Positions 1 through 10,572 are shown, counted from the stretch's first letter. The stretch: DNA of 20,000 bases from an uncultured virus (IMG/VR IMGVR_UViG_3300033571_018919) (IMGVR_UViG_3300033571_018919:107169-127168), one strand, 5' to 3'. Notes: a model not told the origin generated them from the letters alone. Program-made: numbers and translations.

Positions 1-431
1 ATTATAGTATTTTTTGATTGCATGTAGTAGGATTTATCTTCGATCATTAATAATTGACCATAAGCCGGATCATGTATAAAACAAGTATATCTAACAAGTT
101 TTCCTAATTTATTATATTCACTTAAATTGTCATCAACGTCTTGGTGCCATGGTGCATTTTTTCCCGGTCTTAGACAGCTTATCCAAGAACGGATAGGCTT
201 ACAATTTACAATTTGTGAAAATTTATTTTCAACCTCTTTATTGTAATGTAAATTTGGATAATAATTTATCCACTCAACTTGCACCGATGTATATTTTGCA
301 GATTCCCATAAAGTAGATATTTCATTAAATTCTCCCTTTTCGTTTTTATAAAAATCTAAACCAATCGTTCTTACCTCTCCTTGCATTTGAGATATTTCCA
401 AAACTACATCGTCCCAAAAACTGTCATTCAT
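1..431 (-). CDS. 2OG-Fe(II) oxygenase, Asp/Asn beta-hydroxylase-like (3' end runs off the window)
   Basis: Manually translated from ATG at 431: MNDSFWDDVVLEISQMQGEV...RSWISCLRPGKNAPWHQDVDD...VRYTCFIHDPAYGQLLMIED...; HxD motif in typical cupin context; start overlaps the stop of the upstream radical SAM gene; not in the ORF track because it is open at the edge. Confidence 0.75.
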   Translation of the reverse strand, partial: MNDSFWDDVVLEISQMQGEVRTIGLDFYKNEKGEFNEISTLWESAKYTSVQVEWINYYPNLHYNKEVENKFSQIVNCKPIRSWISCLRPGKNAPWHQDVDDNLSEYNKLGKLVRYTCFIHDPAYGQLLMIEDKSYYMQSKNTI

Positions 432-2427
432 CTTTTTTTCCTGCTCTCGACATTTGAAACAATTTCATTTTAATTCTCTCATTTGTGTCTTTTCTAAATG
501 TTGCAAAATTTCTATACATACTGGATTTGTTTTTCCATTCGACATCAATAGCTTTTGTAACTAAACTTACGGTTTCTAATTTAGGTAATATTTTTTTGTT
601 ACCTTCTTCTTCCCATATGTCCCAACGATATTTGTTATCCCAAATGAGTTCTTCAGGCACTGCAAATGTACTATTTTTACAGTAAAGTAAGCAATCCTCA
701 AGTAAATCATCTATTATTTCAACAAACTCACATCTTAAAGATTCATATATTTCATCACGATTAGTACACCACAGCCAAGCATAAGAAGCATAAACAGTCC
801 AAGTTCCTTTAATCGGTCCTATTTCAAATTGCCTCCATGACTTATTCCAAAACTTACCTTCAGCTATAGGGGTAAGGTATTCATCATAAATTGGCTTATA
901 AAAATTATCAACCTTAGATAGTGCGGTGAAGATTTTTTTGAAAACAACGTCTAACGGAACTTCTTTAATATGAAATAGTATGTCAATAAATGGAGTAAGC
1001 ATTGCCATATTCATTAATACTAAGTTCATGTCATTCATAAAAAACATTTCTTTCCAATCTTCAACAGAGTAGGAATAACAACTGATTGGAATATGAAGTG
1101 TATTTTCTTTGGGAAAGTTTTTTGATCTATACAATTGTAAGGCGTTTGATTCATTGTCATTTAGTAAAGACATTGATTCATCTATTGCGATTGGTGCTAA
1201 TTTCATATCAAATTTAGCTAAGTAATCGGGATTACCTATAGGTGCATCAGGTAAAACATATAATGGGACATGATGAGTATGAGGTTTAATACTATTCATG
1301 AGTGAATATTCTATGGCTGTTTCTTGATAGAATGTTTCTACTTTCATACCAGGCAAACCTAAAATAAGTTCAACAATCACATCAATGTCATATTTTTCAA
1401 TTAAATATTTTGCTAGGCTTACATTTTCTTCAGGTGTAACATCTGTTCTTTCGATATTTTCTAATATCTTTTCATCAATTGTTTGTAGACTTATTTGATA
1501 TAATGTTACAAGACCTGATTGAATCAAAGGTTCTAATACTGCTTGCCTTTTGGCAGATTTAGTTTTCGCTAATCCGGTTATACCTACGAATTTCATATAA
1601 TCATTTTGTTGAGCCAGTAAATTTGCAATATCGGGATCTCTTTTTAAGATACCAAAGTTTGCATCAGTAAGCCAAACAGTATGAACATTTAACTCTCTAA
1701 AGAAAGAAATATCATCAACAAGACTTTCCATTTCTTTTACAATAACTTTAGTGTTTGTGCCTCCTCCCCATTCACAATAGGTACATTTATACATACAACC
1801 CCTATTTGTTTCGTACATAGCACCTAAAATTTTGTTTTTACTTTTAGCATATTCTGCAATTTTTCTAGCATGATCAATGTTTGCTCTTATAATATCTGGT
1901 GGATATTTAAACTCTCTTTTGTCTCCTTCCGGACCGTAGCCTTTTCTTGAATAACTACCTCTTACCTTAAGCCAATTGATTTCGTTTTCTACTAACATAT
2001 CTAACATGTCAGTTATAAAAAATTCACCGTATTCAACTGGTCTAGAAACAACATCAAAATAGGGATGATTTTTAAACCATAAAAAAGGTTGAGTGTAGGT
2101 TGTGTGTTGGTGAGGACCGCCTAGCGATAAAATTGCATTTGGCTTACGTTCTTTAATTGCGTTAGCAACTACCTTTACTATTTCCCAATTCCACATGTAA
2201 CTACTAAATAAGTAAACATCAGCATCTTTACTTACGGCATCATCAACAATGTCATCTACCGAATATTGTTCATAGTCTGTAACAGGTGGTATCCATTCCC
2301 ATTGTTCAACGTGTTTTCCATTTAATTCATAATATCTTTTAAATTCATACCACATGAGTGGCAAATACACATGACTCATTTGCCATGTATTATAATGAAA
2401 AATAAATATTTTTTTCTTGTTATCCAT
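424..2427 (-). CDS. Cobalamin (B12)-binding radical SAM protein (class B methyltransferase-like)
   Basis: 667 aa; N-terminal B12-binding-like region (SSYMWN...LGGPH), ETNRGCMYKCTYCEWG CxxxCxxC motif, DANFG and LILGLPG motifs. Confidence 0.85.
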   Translation of the reverse strand: MDNKKKIFIFHYNTWQMSHVYLPLMWYEFKRYYELNGKHVEQWEWIPPVTDYEQYSVDDIVDDAVSKDADVYLFSSYMWNWEIVKVVANAIKERKPNAILSLGGPHQHTTYTQPFLWFKNHPYFDVVSRPVEYGEFFITDMLDMLVENEINWLKVRGSYSRKGYGPEGDKREFKYPPDIIRANIDHARKIAEYAKSKNKILGAMYETNRGCMYKCTYCEWGGGTNTKVIVKEMESLVDDISFFRELNVHTVWLTDANFGILKRDPDIANLLAQQNDYMKFVGITGLAKTKSAKRQAVLEPLIQSGLVTLYQISLQTIDEKILENIERTDVTPEENVSLAKYLIEKYDIDVIVELILGLPGMKVETFYQETAIEYSLMNSIKPHTHHVPLYVLPDAPIGNPDYLAKFDMKLAPIAIDESMSLLNDNESNALQLYRSKNFPKENTLHIPISCYSYSVEDWKEMFFMNDMNLVLMNMAMLTPFIDILFHIKEVPLDVVFKKIFTALSKVDNFYKPIYDEYLTPIAEGKFWNKSWRQFEIGPIKGTWTVYASYAWLWCTNRDEIYESLRCEFVEIIDDLLEDCLLYCKNSTFAVPEELIWDNKYRWDIWEEEGNKKILPKLETVSLVTKAIDVEWKNKSSMYRNFATFRKDTNERIKMKLFQMSRAGKKDE

Positions 2428-3079
2428 ATATCTTTTTGTGTATGTCTGTTAAATTAATTGGCCATTTTCCAAAATGTGTCAATCCTGATTTAAACAATAA
2501 CTCTACATTTACTTTACTTTCAATTGTCGCTTTGCTAAATCTGTCAGTATCAAATCCTATGATACTTTTTACATTTTCAAGTTCTACAAATGGGTTTTCT
2601 TTTTCAACGGTAGCATAAAAATCTATACAATGCATTTGACCATTAGTATCATAATAATGACTATGAGGATAAATCGTTGCTTTTAAATATCCTAAATTTA
2701 CTTGATCGTAAATTATTGTACTTATATCTTCGTACCAATTTTCGTTTAAATTTTTATGTTTAAAAATTAAATCATTGCAGGTATTACCATACCATTTTAT
2801 GAAAATTTTATTATCTTTAATATCTAATACTTCGGGTGCATATGGTTTTGATTCAAAAATTTTTAAATATTTACACTCACGTTCAAACATAAATTCAATA
2901 TGATTTTTATCATAACACAATCTTACCTGTTTAGATTGATATTCATTTGGGTAAGAAAAATTCATGCAAAAAACATTGCCCTCAGGATTAATTCTGGGTT
3001 CATAACACATTTGAGTTGTTGTTAGCTCACCAGTGGACTCATGAGTTTTATAATATAAATTCCAGTTTTCTAAATCCAT
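2420..3079 (-). CDS. Protein-kinase-like-fold protein (degenerate; APH/RIO-like)
   Basis: 219 aa; FERECKYL (alphaC Glu), YAPEVLD, and HCIDFY (DFG-like); canonical HxD catalytic loop not evident. Confidence 0.4.
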   Translation of the reverse strand: MDLENWNLYYKTHESTGELTTTQMCYEPRINPEGNVFCMNFSYPNEYQSKQVRLCYDKNHIEFMFERECKYLKIFESKPYAPEVLDIKDNKIFIKWYGNTCNDLIFKHKNLNENWYEDISTIIYDQVNLGYLKATIYPHSHYYDTNGQMHCIDFYATVEKENPFVELENVKSIIGFDTDRFSKATIESKVNVELLFKSGLTHFGKWPINLTDIHKKIYG

Positions 3080-3083
3080 CTGG

Positions 3084-3100
3084 TATTTATCGTGTAAATA
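3084..3100. promoter_or_regulatory. Back-to-back T4-type late promoter motifs (TAAATA on both strands)
   Basis: ATAAATA on - strand (3084-3090), 4 nt before ATG 3079; GTAAATA on + strand (3094-3100), 10 nt before ATG 3111. Confidence 0.6.
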
Positions 3101-3110
3101 GCTCTTAGAT

Positions 3111-4505
3111 ATGAAAGATAAAATTCAAAATTACATTAAACTAGTAGAAGAAAAAACAGGAACACCCACATTTTGCGCACTACCTTGGATACACTTAGCA
3201 ACTAGGCCTAACGGCGACGCAAGACTTTGCTGTGTAACGAACGCAAGCGGAGCCACAACCGGTGACCACACGGTTGGGCTTGTGAAAAAAGAAAATGGCA
3301 AGCCGGCTAATTTTGGAAAAGATTCTTTATTAGACGCATTTAATAATGATTATATGCGTAGTGTTAGAACAACTATGCTAGCAGGTAATATTCCAGCCAG
3401 TTGCACAAAATGCTTTGAAGAAGAAGAAAACGGCGTAGTAAGTAAAAGGTTATGGGAACTGTATGAATGGAATAGGGACGGGTTAGATTTCAATCAATTA
3501 ATTAGAGATACGATGGAAGATGGCACTGTACCTCCAATTATAAGGTATATGGATTTACGTTTAGGGCACACATGCAATTTAAAATGTGTAATGTGTAGTC
3601 CACATGATTCTAGTCGTTGGCTTCAAGATTATGACAAAGTAATGAATCGTACTACAAGTCAAGTTGTTAAGTTTCAATTAAACTTTGATGCCGAATCATT
3701 TAACAATGTTTGGTACGAAAAGCCTACATTTTGGGATGAAGTGTTTGAACAGATACCAAACATAACACAATTATATTTCGCAGGTGGCGAACCGCTGATG
3801 ATTAAAGAACATCGTAAATTTTTAGATGAAATAGTTAAGCGTGGTTATGCAAAAAACATTAGTTTACGATATAACAGTAACGGAATATTTGTTAATGAAG
3901 ATATTATAAACGTTTGGAAAGAGTTTAAACAAGTTAGATATGCTTTTAGTTTAGATGCTATTTTTGATAGAAATCATTATATTCGATATCCGGCTAATTG
4001 GGACGAAATTGAAAGTAGTTTGCGTCTAATGGATAATACACCTGAACATATTCATTGTGCGATTGCATGTGCTGTACAAGCACTTAACATTAAACACATA
4101 GTAGAATTTGCTAAATGGAAAATAAGCCAAAATTTTAAAAAAATCAATAAATTTAAATTAGATGAATATGAAACTGGTGGTGGAATAATTAACTTGCACT
4201 TATTGTACATCCCTACATTTTTGAGTGCTAGAATTTTACCAAAAGAGGATAAGTTAGAAATTAGAAAACTTATTTTAGATTTTAAACAATGGCTATGGAA
4301 AAATTACACACAGGATGATAATTTTTGGCACATTAATCCATATGGTTGGAAAAGATGGGAAGCTATTTTAAAATTCGTTGAAGCAGAAGATCATTCTCAT
4401 TTATTAGATGACTTTAAAGAATATATTAAAAATTTAGACGCTGTAAGAAATTTAAATTCTAGTCAAATTTTTCCTGAGCTTTCGCATTTATTTGATCAAG
4501 TATAA
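3111..4505 (+). CDS. Radical SAM protein with N-terminal Twitch/SPASM-like domain
   Basis: 464 aa; N-terminal CALPW...NGDARLCC...CTKC, then GHTCNLKCVMC and FAGGEP. Confidence 0.9.
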   Translation: MKDKIQNYIKLVEEKTGTPTFCALPWIHLATRPNGDARLCCVTNASGATTGDHTVGLVKKENGKPANFGKDSLLDAFNNDYMRSVRTTMLAGNIPASCTKCFEEEENGVVSKRLWELYEWNRDGLDFNQLIRDTMEDGTVPPIIRYMDLRLGHTCNLKCVMCSPHDSSRWLQDYDKVMNRTTSQVVKFQLNFDAESFNNVWYEKPTFWDEVFEQIPNITQLYFAGGEPLMIKEHRKFLDEIVKRGYAKNISLRYNSNGIFVNEDIINVWKEFKQVRYAFSLDAIFDRNHYIRYPANWDEIESSLRLMDNTPEHIHCAIACAVQALNIKHIVEFAKWKISQNFKKINKFKLDEYETGGGIINLHLLYIPTFLSARILPKEDKLEIRKLILDFKQWLWKNYTQDDNFWHINPYGWKRWEAILKFVEAEDHSHLLDDFKEYIKNLDAVRNLNSSQIFPELSHLFDQV

Positions 4506-5235
4506 CCTTCGCAAATTTTCTATGCCAATTAGGACTAGGACTAGCACCGTCTCTAGCCGTGTCATTGCCAACAGTTTTCTCATCAGTTGAATCCATATAC
4601 AAATTATACGGTACTGTATATAAGTCTACGTTATACACTTGACGGACTAACTCTACCATATGTGTATTTTTGTCTCTATTGTACTTGCAAGATGTTTTAT
4701 CAATGCCAAAAAAATACCCATCATACGGTGGTTTTGAATATGCAGTAACTGCCTCATGATGGTGGTCTAAGAACACTTCTCTACGCACATCTTGTGGCCA
4801 CATAATAATAACACTTAGTTTTTTACATTTTGGTAAAAAATATGGTACTGTGCAAGATACCATTCTAGCAATTGTATCTGGTGCAGCTTTAGCAATTGCT
4901 AAATTAAGTATTCTTATATTTGGCAAACTGCGTTCGATGACTCTAAGAAATATATCACGATCGGCTATTCCTGTTCCAGCTGTGGAACTATTCCCAAACC
5001 CCAAAAATAATTCATCATATTGATGATATGATTCTTCAAATTCTTTTTCTCTATAACCTAAAGAGTTTACAGTGTAAACAATATCATCACTATCAAATCT
5101 TGCATTTTTAGGATTATCAGGGCTCTCAGGAAATAGATTGCTTGCCCATTTAAATGTAGTGCCCGCTACTTTTTCCATAGGACTGGCTGCGATCCATGCG
5201 GGAGGAATATGAGGATAAAAATATTTATTAGCCAT
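4459..5235 (-). CDS. SGNH/GDSL hydrolase-like protein
   Basis: 258 aa; NSLGYR, FGNSSTAGTG (block I-like), ILNLAIAKA, C-terminal ARDGASPSPNWH. Confidence 0.55.
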   Translation of the reverse strand: MANKYFYPHIPPAWIAASPMEKVAGTTFKWASNLFPESPDNPKNARFDSDDIVYTVNSLGYREKEFEESYHQYDELFLGFGNSSTAGTGIADRDIFLRVIERSLPNIRILNLAIAKAAPDTIARMVSCTVPYFLPKCKKLSVIIMWPQDVRREVFLDHHHEAVTAYSKPPYDGYFFGIDKTSCKYNRDKNTHMVELVRQVYNVDLYTVPYNLYMDSTDEKTVGNDTARDGASPSPNWHRKFAKVILDQINAKAQEKFD

Positions 5236-6136
5236 TTTTTACCTTTGTTAATGGAATGTCAGACGCACAAGTACAAAAATCCCTAGTGCAAATTATAGGG
5301 TCTATGGGTAATTTAAAATCATCTTTGTATATATTTCCTAAACTACCTCCAACTCTACACGTAGCACGATGCACTTCACCGTCCCAGTTAATCATCAAAC
5401 TTTCTAAACCTGCGTTACAGCTCCAACCCTTATATTTATTAAAGTGTTTTTTAATAATATCATTGGCGTGCATTTTAATATTGTCATCAATAATACTATT
5501 GGGTTCAACAGTAGCATCTTTACTTAATATCCAATCTAAATCATTTTGATCGTAGCGCATATCATCAAATATATTATGATCATCATTTGTCCAACGAATT
5601 CTACGAATCGTGTACGGTACGTTGTAAACCTCTAACCTTTGAGTTGCGATTCTAACTTCTTTCATTTTATCAGGATGAGCCATAATATTAATCATACAAG
5701 GTTTGCGCATGCCTGGCTCTACATCACTTGCTGCGTAACGTAATATTGTGTCTAATACTCTTTTCCAGTCTTTTTCAAAATGCAGACTAAACACAATATG
5801 ATTTACTGGCAATCTAAAATAATAAATCGGACTTCTTGTTCCATTAGTTGTTACATTTATCCATTTAATGTCTTTGTGAACGCAATATTGAACCAATTCT
5901 TCAAAATCAGGATGTACTGTAGGTTCTCCGCCTGTAAAACTAAGTCGTATAGGCTTACCCAATATTACTAGTTTGTCTACCGTTGCCTTTAGTACCTCTA
6001 TGTCAGTGTGCGGGCTATTATTGTCATGTATACTACTAGGACAATAACTACAATCATAGTTACAACGTTTACCTAAGTTCCATTCAACCTTAATGCTGTC
6101 TTGATGATGCCAACGACTTGTTATTTTTTGCATCAT
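5228..6136 (-). CDS. Radical SAM protein with C-terminal Twitch domain
   Basis: 302 aa; CNYDCSYC, FTGGEP, TTNG; C-terminal CNAG...RATC...CTRDFCTC. Confidence 0.9.
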   Translation of the reverse strand: MMQKITSRWHHQDSIKVEWNLGKRCNYDCSYCPSSIHDNNSPHTDIEVLKATVDKLVILGKPIRLSFTGGEPTVHPDFEELVQYCVHKDIKWINVTTNGTRSPIYYFRLPVNHIVFSLHFEKDWKRVLDTILRYAASDVEPGMRKPCMINIMAHPDKMKEVRIATQRLEVYNVPYTIRRIRWTNDDHNIFDDMRYDQNDLDWILSKDATVEPNSIIDDNIKMHANDIIKKHFNKYKGWSCNAGLESLMINWDGEVHRATCRVGGSLGNIYKDDFKLPIDPIICTRDFCTCASDIPLTKVKNG

Positions 6137-7053
6137 AATATTGATCTTATTTGAGCATGGTCAATCGACATTTCGTGATATTTATTGTCATTATAAAACT
6201 TTAAATTTTTGACAGTTACATTATCACCTAAGATATCTTTATTCCACATCAATTTGCATAGATGATTTGGTATATACCAATCTCCAACATTATTGTGGTA
6301 ATCTAAAAGAGTTTGATCAATTATTAATTTACCTAATACATATCTACCTAATGATAGTTTGTTTAAGTCATGCAATGGGATATTAAATTTGCACTGTTTT
6401 GCCCACCGGTAAAAGAAAATTTCACTAGCCTTTGGAAAATTATATTCGGGTTTAAAAAATAACAAAGTTTCTGAACTAATTGTATTTTGGGCTGCTAACT
6501 CTGTATAATCATCATCGTCCGTAGACAAGTCTAACCAATCTTTGCCTAAAGTGCCGTAACCTAAAATTAAATCGCCCCACTTATTATTAGATTCTAGCCA
6601 TATTTTATATTCTTCTTTTATGGGTATGTATTGTTCACTATTTGCAGAATAGAATACTATATTCGAATTGTATTCAGAATATTTACTGTTAATCTTATTT
6701 TCTAAAACATGTATTAATTTATTCAATGTAGATAATGTATCGTCATTGGATTCGTTAGTTAATTTGACTAGTAAACTATGCGTTTTATTTAAATCAGTTT
6801 TGGTAAAATTTTTAGGAATCTCTTTAATATTAATTGTTGTACAGATGTCATTTGCTAATCTTAATACCTTGTCAGTTGGCGTATTCATTTGAATACCTGT
6901 ATTATATTCACTAGTTTCTAATTGTATCTGTTGCCATATATGCTGTACAGGATTATCAATGAGTTGATAATTCAATTTTAGATCACCTACACGACAACTT
7001 ATAGTTATTTCTAAGGTGTTGTAACCTTCTATATTTTGAAAAATCTCTTTCAT
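6133..7053 (-). CDS. Hypothetical protein
   Basis: 306-aa ORF with 4-nt start/stop overlaps with both neighbours; no recognised motif. Confidence 0.75.
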   Translation of the reverse strand: MKEIFQNIEGYNTLEITISCRVGDLKLNYQLIDNPVQHIWQQIQLETSEYNTGIQMNTPTDKVLRLANDICTTINIKEIPKNFTKTDLNKTHSLLVKLTNESNDDTLSTLNKLIHVLENKINSKYSEYNSNIVFYSANSEQYIPIKEEYKIWLESNNKWGDLILGYGTLGKDWLDLSTDDDDYTELAAQNTISSETLLFFKPEYNFPKASEIFFYRWAKQCKFNIPLHDLNKLSLGRYVLGKLIIDQTLLDYHNNVGDWYIPNHLCKLMWNKDILGDNVTVKNLKFYNDNKYHEMSIDHAQIRSIL

Positions 7054-8312
7054 ATGTAATCCTTAAATTCCGGAGTCACCTCTAAAAAACTCTGTTTTCT
7101 AGTATTATCCAATCGCATATTGAAATTAATTGTATCTACCCAAAGATGGCTCTCATCTTTTGCTGTTAGAAAGTTCAAAACGCCATTTATTTGATTTAAT
7201 GTCAACTCATATAACATCGGGTGTTTTTTAACCATTTTAAAATCTTGCAGTCTTTCAGATACAAGTTTAAGTTTAGAACTAGCAATGTTTTTTAATTGCT
7301 CAGGTAATACTTGTATACTTAAACAATTTGGATATCTAACCATATTAGTATAGAAAACAATTTCTAACTCATCTAAGAAATACTCAATCATTTCGTCTAA
7401 TATTAATATGTTAGATATTTGAACAGCTACAGCTCCTACTATTCGATTAATATTAGTAATACTTTGAACTTCTTTAATATTCTTAATTAATATATCCCAC
7501 TCAGCATTACCTCGAATGTATTCATAAGAATCTTTCATGCCATCTATACTGACATTTAATGCAACGCTTTTAAAATAAGGCCAATATTCATATATATTAC
7601 GATTTCCCTTACCTAACATTGTTAAATTTGTGGCGTATTTAATTTCAATTTGATGTCCATATGGTTTGAGCATATTTAATATGCGATAATGCTGCGGATC
7701 CATCAAAGGTTCACCTCCTGCAAACTCTACTCGCCTAAAGTATGGTAAATTTTTTTCTAAGCTAGACCACCAATTGGGATTGTCTTCAAATTTATCTAAT
7801 AGCGGCTTGTTTTCTAAATTATGATCTTCCACTAATTGATATATAACTTTACCGGATTCTTTATAAAAGTCTTTAATTTCTGCCCAGTCATTCCAGCTAG
7901 TGCTATCGCCGGGATGACACATCCTGCATTTTAAATTACATAGATTATTCAGCTTTAATTCCATAGTAGGAATTTTAAAAGGCATGGTCATTGTCGGATG
8001 AAGATCATCAAATGCATTTGGGTAAAGTTTTATACGGGCTTCTGGTATCTCACCCTTAATATGTCGTTGACGTAAACTTTCTACACCTTGGTCTTCTAAG
8101 CTGAAGCAAGGTTCGCATTCTGGTGGACGTTCTCCGGACAAAACTTGAGAACGTATTCTTCTCATCGTATGGTTATTCCATATTTCTTCTAAAGTATTAT
8201 CCTGTATATTACCAATTGGATGACTGCGGCAACACACTTGTATGGCGCCATCTTCTCTTGTTGCTAATCCGGTAAAAGGATGCATACAAAATGTTTTACT
8301 ATTACATTGCAT
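7050..8312 (-). CDS. Radical SAM protein with N-terminal Twitch/SPASM-like domain
   Basis: 420 aa; CMHPF...DGAIQVCC...CEPC, then CNLKCRMC and FAGGEP; paralogue of 3111-4505. Confidence 0.9.
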   Translation of the reverse strand: MQCNSKTFCMHPFTGLATREDGAIQVCCRSHPIGNIQDNTLEEIWNNHTMRRIRSQVLSGERPPECEPCFSLEDQGVESLRQRHIKGEIPEARIKLYPNAFDDLHPTMTMPFKIPTMELKLNNLCNLKCRMCHPGDSTSWNDWAEIKDFYKESGKVIYQLVEDHNLENKPLLDKFEDNPNWWSSLEKNLPYFRRVEFAGGEPLMDPQHYRILNMLKPYGHQIEIKYATNLTMLGKGNRNIYEYWPYFKSVALNVSIDGMKDSYEYIRGNAEWDILIKNIKEVQSITNINRIVGAVAVQISNILILDEMIEYFLDELEIVFYTNMVRYPNCLSIQVLPEQLKNIASSKLKLVSERLQDFKMVKKHPMLYELTLNQINGVLNFLTAKDESHLWVDTINFNMRLDNTRKQSFLEVTPEFKDYI

Positions 8313-9036
8313 TACTTATAGCCCAATTTCTTTCTTTACACCAAAAACATATATCACATGTAGGTACATGTTGATTAGGTATGTATGTTTCATAAGTTAT
8401 CCCTTCAAATTCACCCTCGCAACTTCTTGTTATAGAAAATAAGTCTAATAAGTTTCTTTTTCTATATTGTTGAATTACCCAATGTTTCTCAATAAATCTA
8501 AATGGGTGTATGGCATATACATTCATGTGCTTCATTAAACGCAGGTGTTGATTAAATTCAGTAGGATCAATATCTCTTTCTTTCATCCCATCAAAGTTTT
8601 TATTTTTTGGATTTCTCGTAACACCATTATAGTAAGCACTAATTTTATTGTGATAACAAACATATTCACTATACGCACGTATTTGAATATTATCTCCGCT
8701 TACTTTTTTACCATATTCGTCCATAAGCACAGGACCAGTTGCACCATATTCAATATCCGGTGCAATAAAATTTACGTGTCTAGTCCATTCGAACGTTGGA
8801 AACTTCTTTGTTAAGTATTCATATACATTTTTTGAATCATATTCTTGCCATGGTCTAGTTTTCCACATACGAATATGACTTATGATATGAATTTTCAGAT
8901 TAGGGTTTTCATTTACTGCAAGTGAACATAATAGATATGCTAATAGCGCCGAATCGGCACCACCACTTAAACTGACAGCGATACTAGGCCATTCTTTATC
9001 ATAGGGTATGTTAACGCCGTCTATGTTATATTCCAT
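8302..9036 (-). CDS. QueC-like PP-loop ATPase (7-cyano-7-deazaguanine synthase-like fold)
   Basis: 244 aa; SLSGGADS PP-loop; C-terminal TRSC...CDICFWCKER Zn-binding motif. Confidence 0.75.
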   Translation of the reverse strand: MEYNIDGVNIPYDKEWPSIAVSLSGGADSALLAYLLCSLAVNENPNLKIHIISHIRMWKTRPWQEYDSKNVYEYLTKKFPTFEWTRHVNFIAPDIEYGATGPVLMDEYGKKVSGDNIQIRAYSEYVCYHNKISAYYNGVTRNPKNKNFDGMKERDIDPTEFNQHLRLMKHMNVYAIHPFRFIEKHWVIQQYRKRNLLDLFSITRSCEGEFEGITYETYIPNQHVPTCDICFWCKERNWAISNAM

Positions 9037-9880
9037 TTTCTTCTAAATAACGAATTAAAGGTGAAACACCGACTGGCATGCCATTTTTTAATGCTAAATA
9101 AATGCTTTTTGTTTCAGTTAAATTAAAGTCCTTGCAAATTGTCTTATATCTATGTTCATGAGTATTCCAAAGGTAATCAGGTACTAGCTCATCTAAAAAA
9201 TATGAACCAATCATTACTAATGCCTTATTATTCATATGGAAATCGTTCATTATTGTAATACTATCGCTATCTTCATTTGACCATCGTAAACCTATTCTGT
9301 TCCAACCTAACCCTAATCCTTTACTTAAACTAATACCCACCGATTTAATATTTGGGTGATTAAAATCAAATTCTATGTCAGTACATGTTGTAACCCATGC
9401 TCCGTCGATATGTACATCAATTTTTTTCTCTGCACACTCACTGAGTATATCCTGCATATTATTATGTATAGATCCTATTTGTGGAAATGGCATAGCGATA
9501 ATTAAAGGCACACCATGTATTAAATTTTTTGGGGTAACAAGGTATGATAAGTTTAATCTACTGTGGTATCTGTAGTCATCAACTAGTGTTTGTACCCGAT
9601 GGTGCATATAAATGTTATCGATAAATTGAGTGCATCCGTTAATAATATCTATACGGTTAAATTTTTTCAATCCATATAACGAATTACGTTTAGATTCTGA
9701 TAACCAATTTACAAATCGAAACTTAAATCTATTATAAACCTCATTACTAATGTCTTTGTCCAAACATCCATGCAACACTTGTTGTATTAGAGTGTCAATT
9801 TTTTTATCTGTAAGTGGTTGTGGTCTTTCTATTTCTAAATACTTACTATCATAATCGGGTGCAATTTTAATTCTATCCAC
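9026..9880 (-). CDS. PLP-dependent enzyme (fold type I, aminotransferase-like)
   Basis: 284 aa, GTG start; VHIDGAW (PLP Asp) and SLSKGLGLGWNRIG (Schiff-base Lys followed by RxG). Confidence 0.7.
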   Translation of the reverse strand: MDRIKIAPDYDSKYLEIERPQPLTDKKIDTLIQQVLHGCLDKDISNEVYNRFKFRFVNWLSESKRNSLYGLKKFNRIDIINGCTQFIDNIYMHHRVQTLVDDYRYHSRLNLSYLVTPKNLIHGVPLIIAMPFPQIGSIHNNMQDILSECAEKKIDVHIDGAWVTTCTDIEFDFNHPNIKSVGISLSKGLGLGWNRIGLRWSNEDSDSITIMNDFHMNNKALVMIGSYFLDELVPDYLWNTHEHRYKTICKDFNLTETKSIYLALKNGMPVGVSPLIRYLEENGI

Positions 9881-9884
9881 TGAC

Positions 9885-9899
9885 TATTTACTATAAATA
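9885..9899. promoter_or_regulatory. Back-to-back T4-type late promoter motifs
   Basis: Exact TATAAATA at 9892-9899 (+), 4 nt before ATG 9904; TAAATA on - strand at 9885-9890, 4 nt before GTG 9880. Confidence 0.7.
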
Positions 9900-9903
9900 T
9901 TTC

Positions 9904-10572
9904 ATGCTTTCAAAATTGACTCTTTCTGTAGACGTAGATAGTTTAGTAAAACAAGTTAGTGAACTTAATTTTGGTAAAAGTTTATCCATTAATTATACCA
10001 CAGGAAAATTACTTAATGGTCCTTATCTAACGAAACCCGAATTTCTAAATACTCCTTTAGGAAATATTTTACAATCTATTGAAAATGTAGGTGAAGCTAG
10101 ATTATTAAAACTAGAAAGTGGAGAATCTTATACTGCACATTCTGACCCAGATGATAGAATACATGTTCCTATCATAACCAATCTATATTCTTATATTATG
10201 GATTTGGACAACAATAAAATGTATCATTTGCCTGCTGATGGATCAGTGTGGTATATGGACACAAGTGTTACACATGTGGCAGCAAACTTTGGAGGTAGAA
10301 CTAGAATACATTTAAACATTCGAGTGCTACTTCCTAAATTTAAATCCCCTGGCTACAAATTAACTGTTACAGGAGGCGATTATGATTGGAAACAGGAAGC
10401 ATATTTTACCTTAATGACTTTTTTTAATAAATCTATTAAAGAAAGAATTATTACAGGATTTGAAAAGGTAAACGAAAGAGAAGTTTTATTAAATTGTGAT
10501 CCAATCGTGCTTAATCCTTACATAAAAAAATTAGAAGATAAAGGGTTTAGTATATCTTTAAGCGCCACATAA
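9904..10572 (+). CDS. 2OG-Fe(II) oxygenase, Asp/Asn beta-hydroxylase-like, with C-terminal extension
   Basis: 222 aa; YTAHSDPDDRIHVPI (HxD), distal His in THVAANFG, RIHL. Confidence 0.8.
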   Translation: MLSKLTLSVDVDSLVKQVSELNFGKSLSINYTTGKLLNGPYLTKPEFLNTPLGNILQSIENVGEARLLKLESGESYTAHSDPDDRIHVPIITNLYSYIMDLDNNKMYHLPADGSVWYMDTSVTHVAANFGGRTRIHLNIRVLLPKFKSPGYKLTVTGGDYDWKQEAYFTLMTFFNKSIKERIITGFEKVNEREVLLNCDPIVLNPYIKKLEDKGFSISLSAT

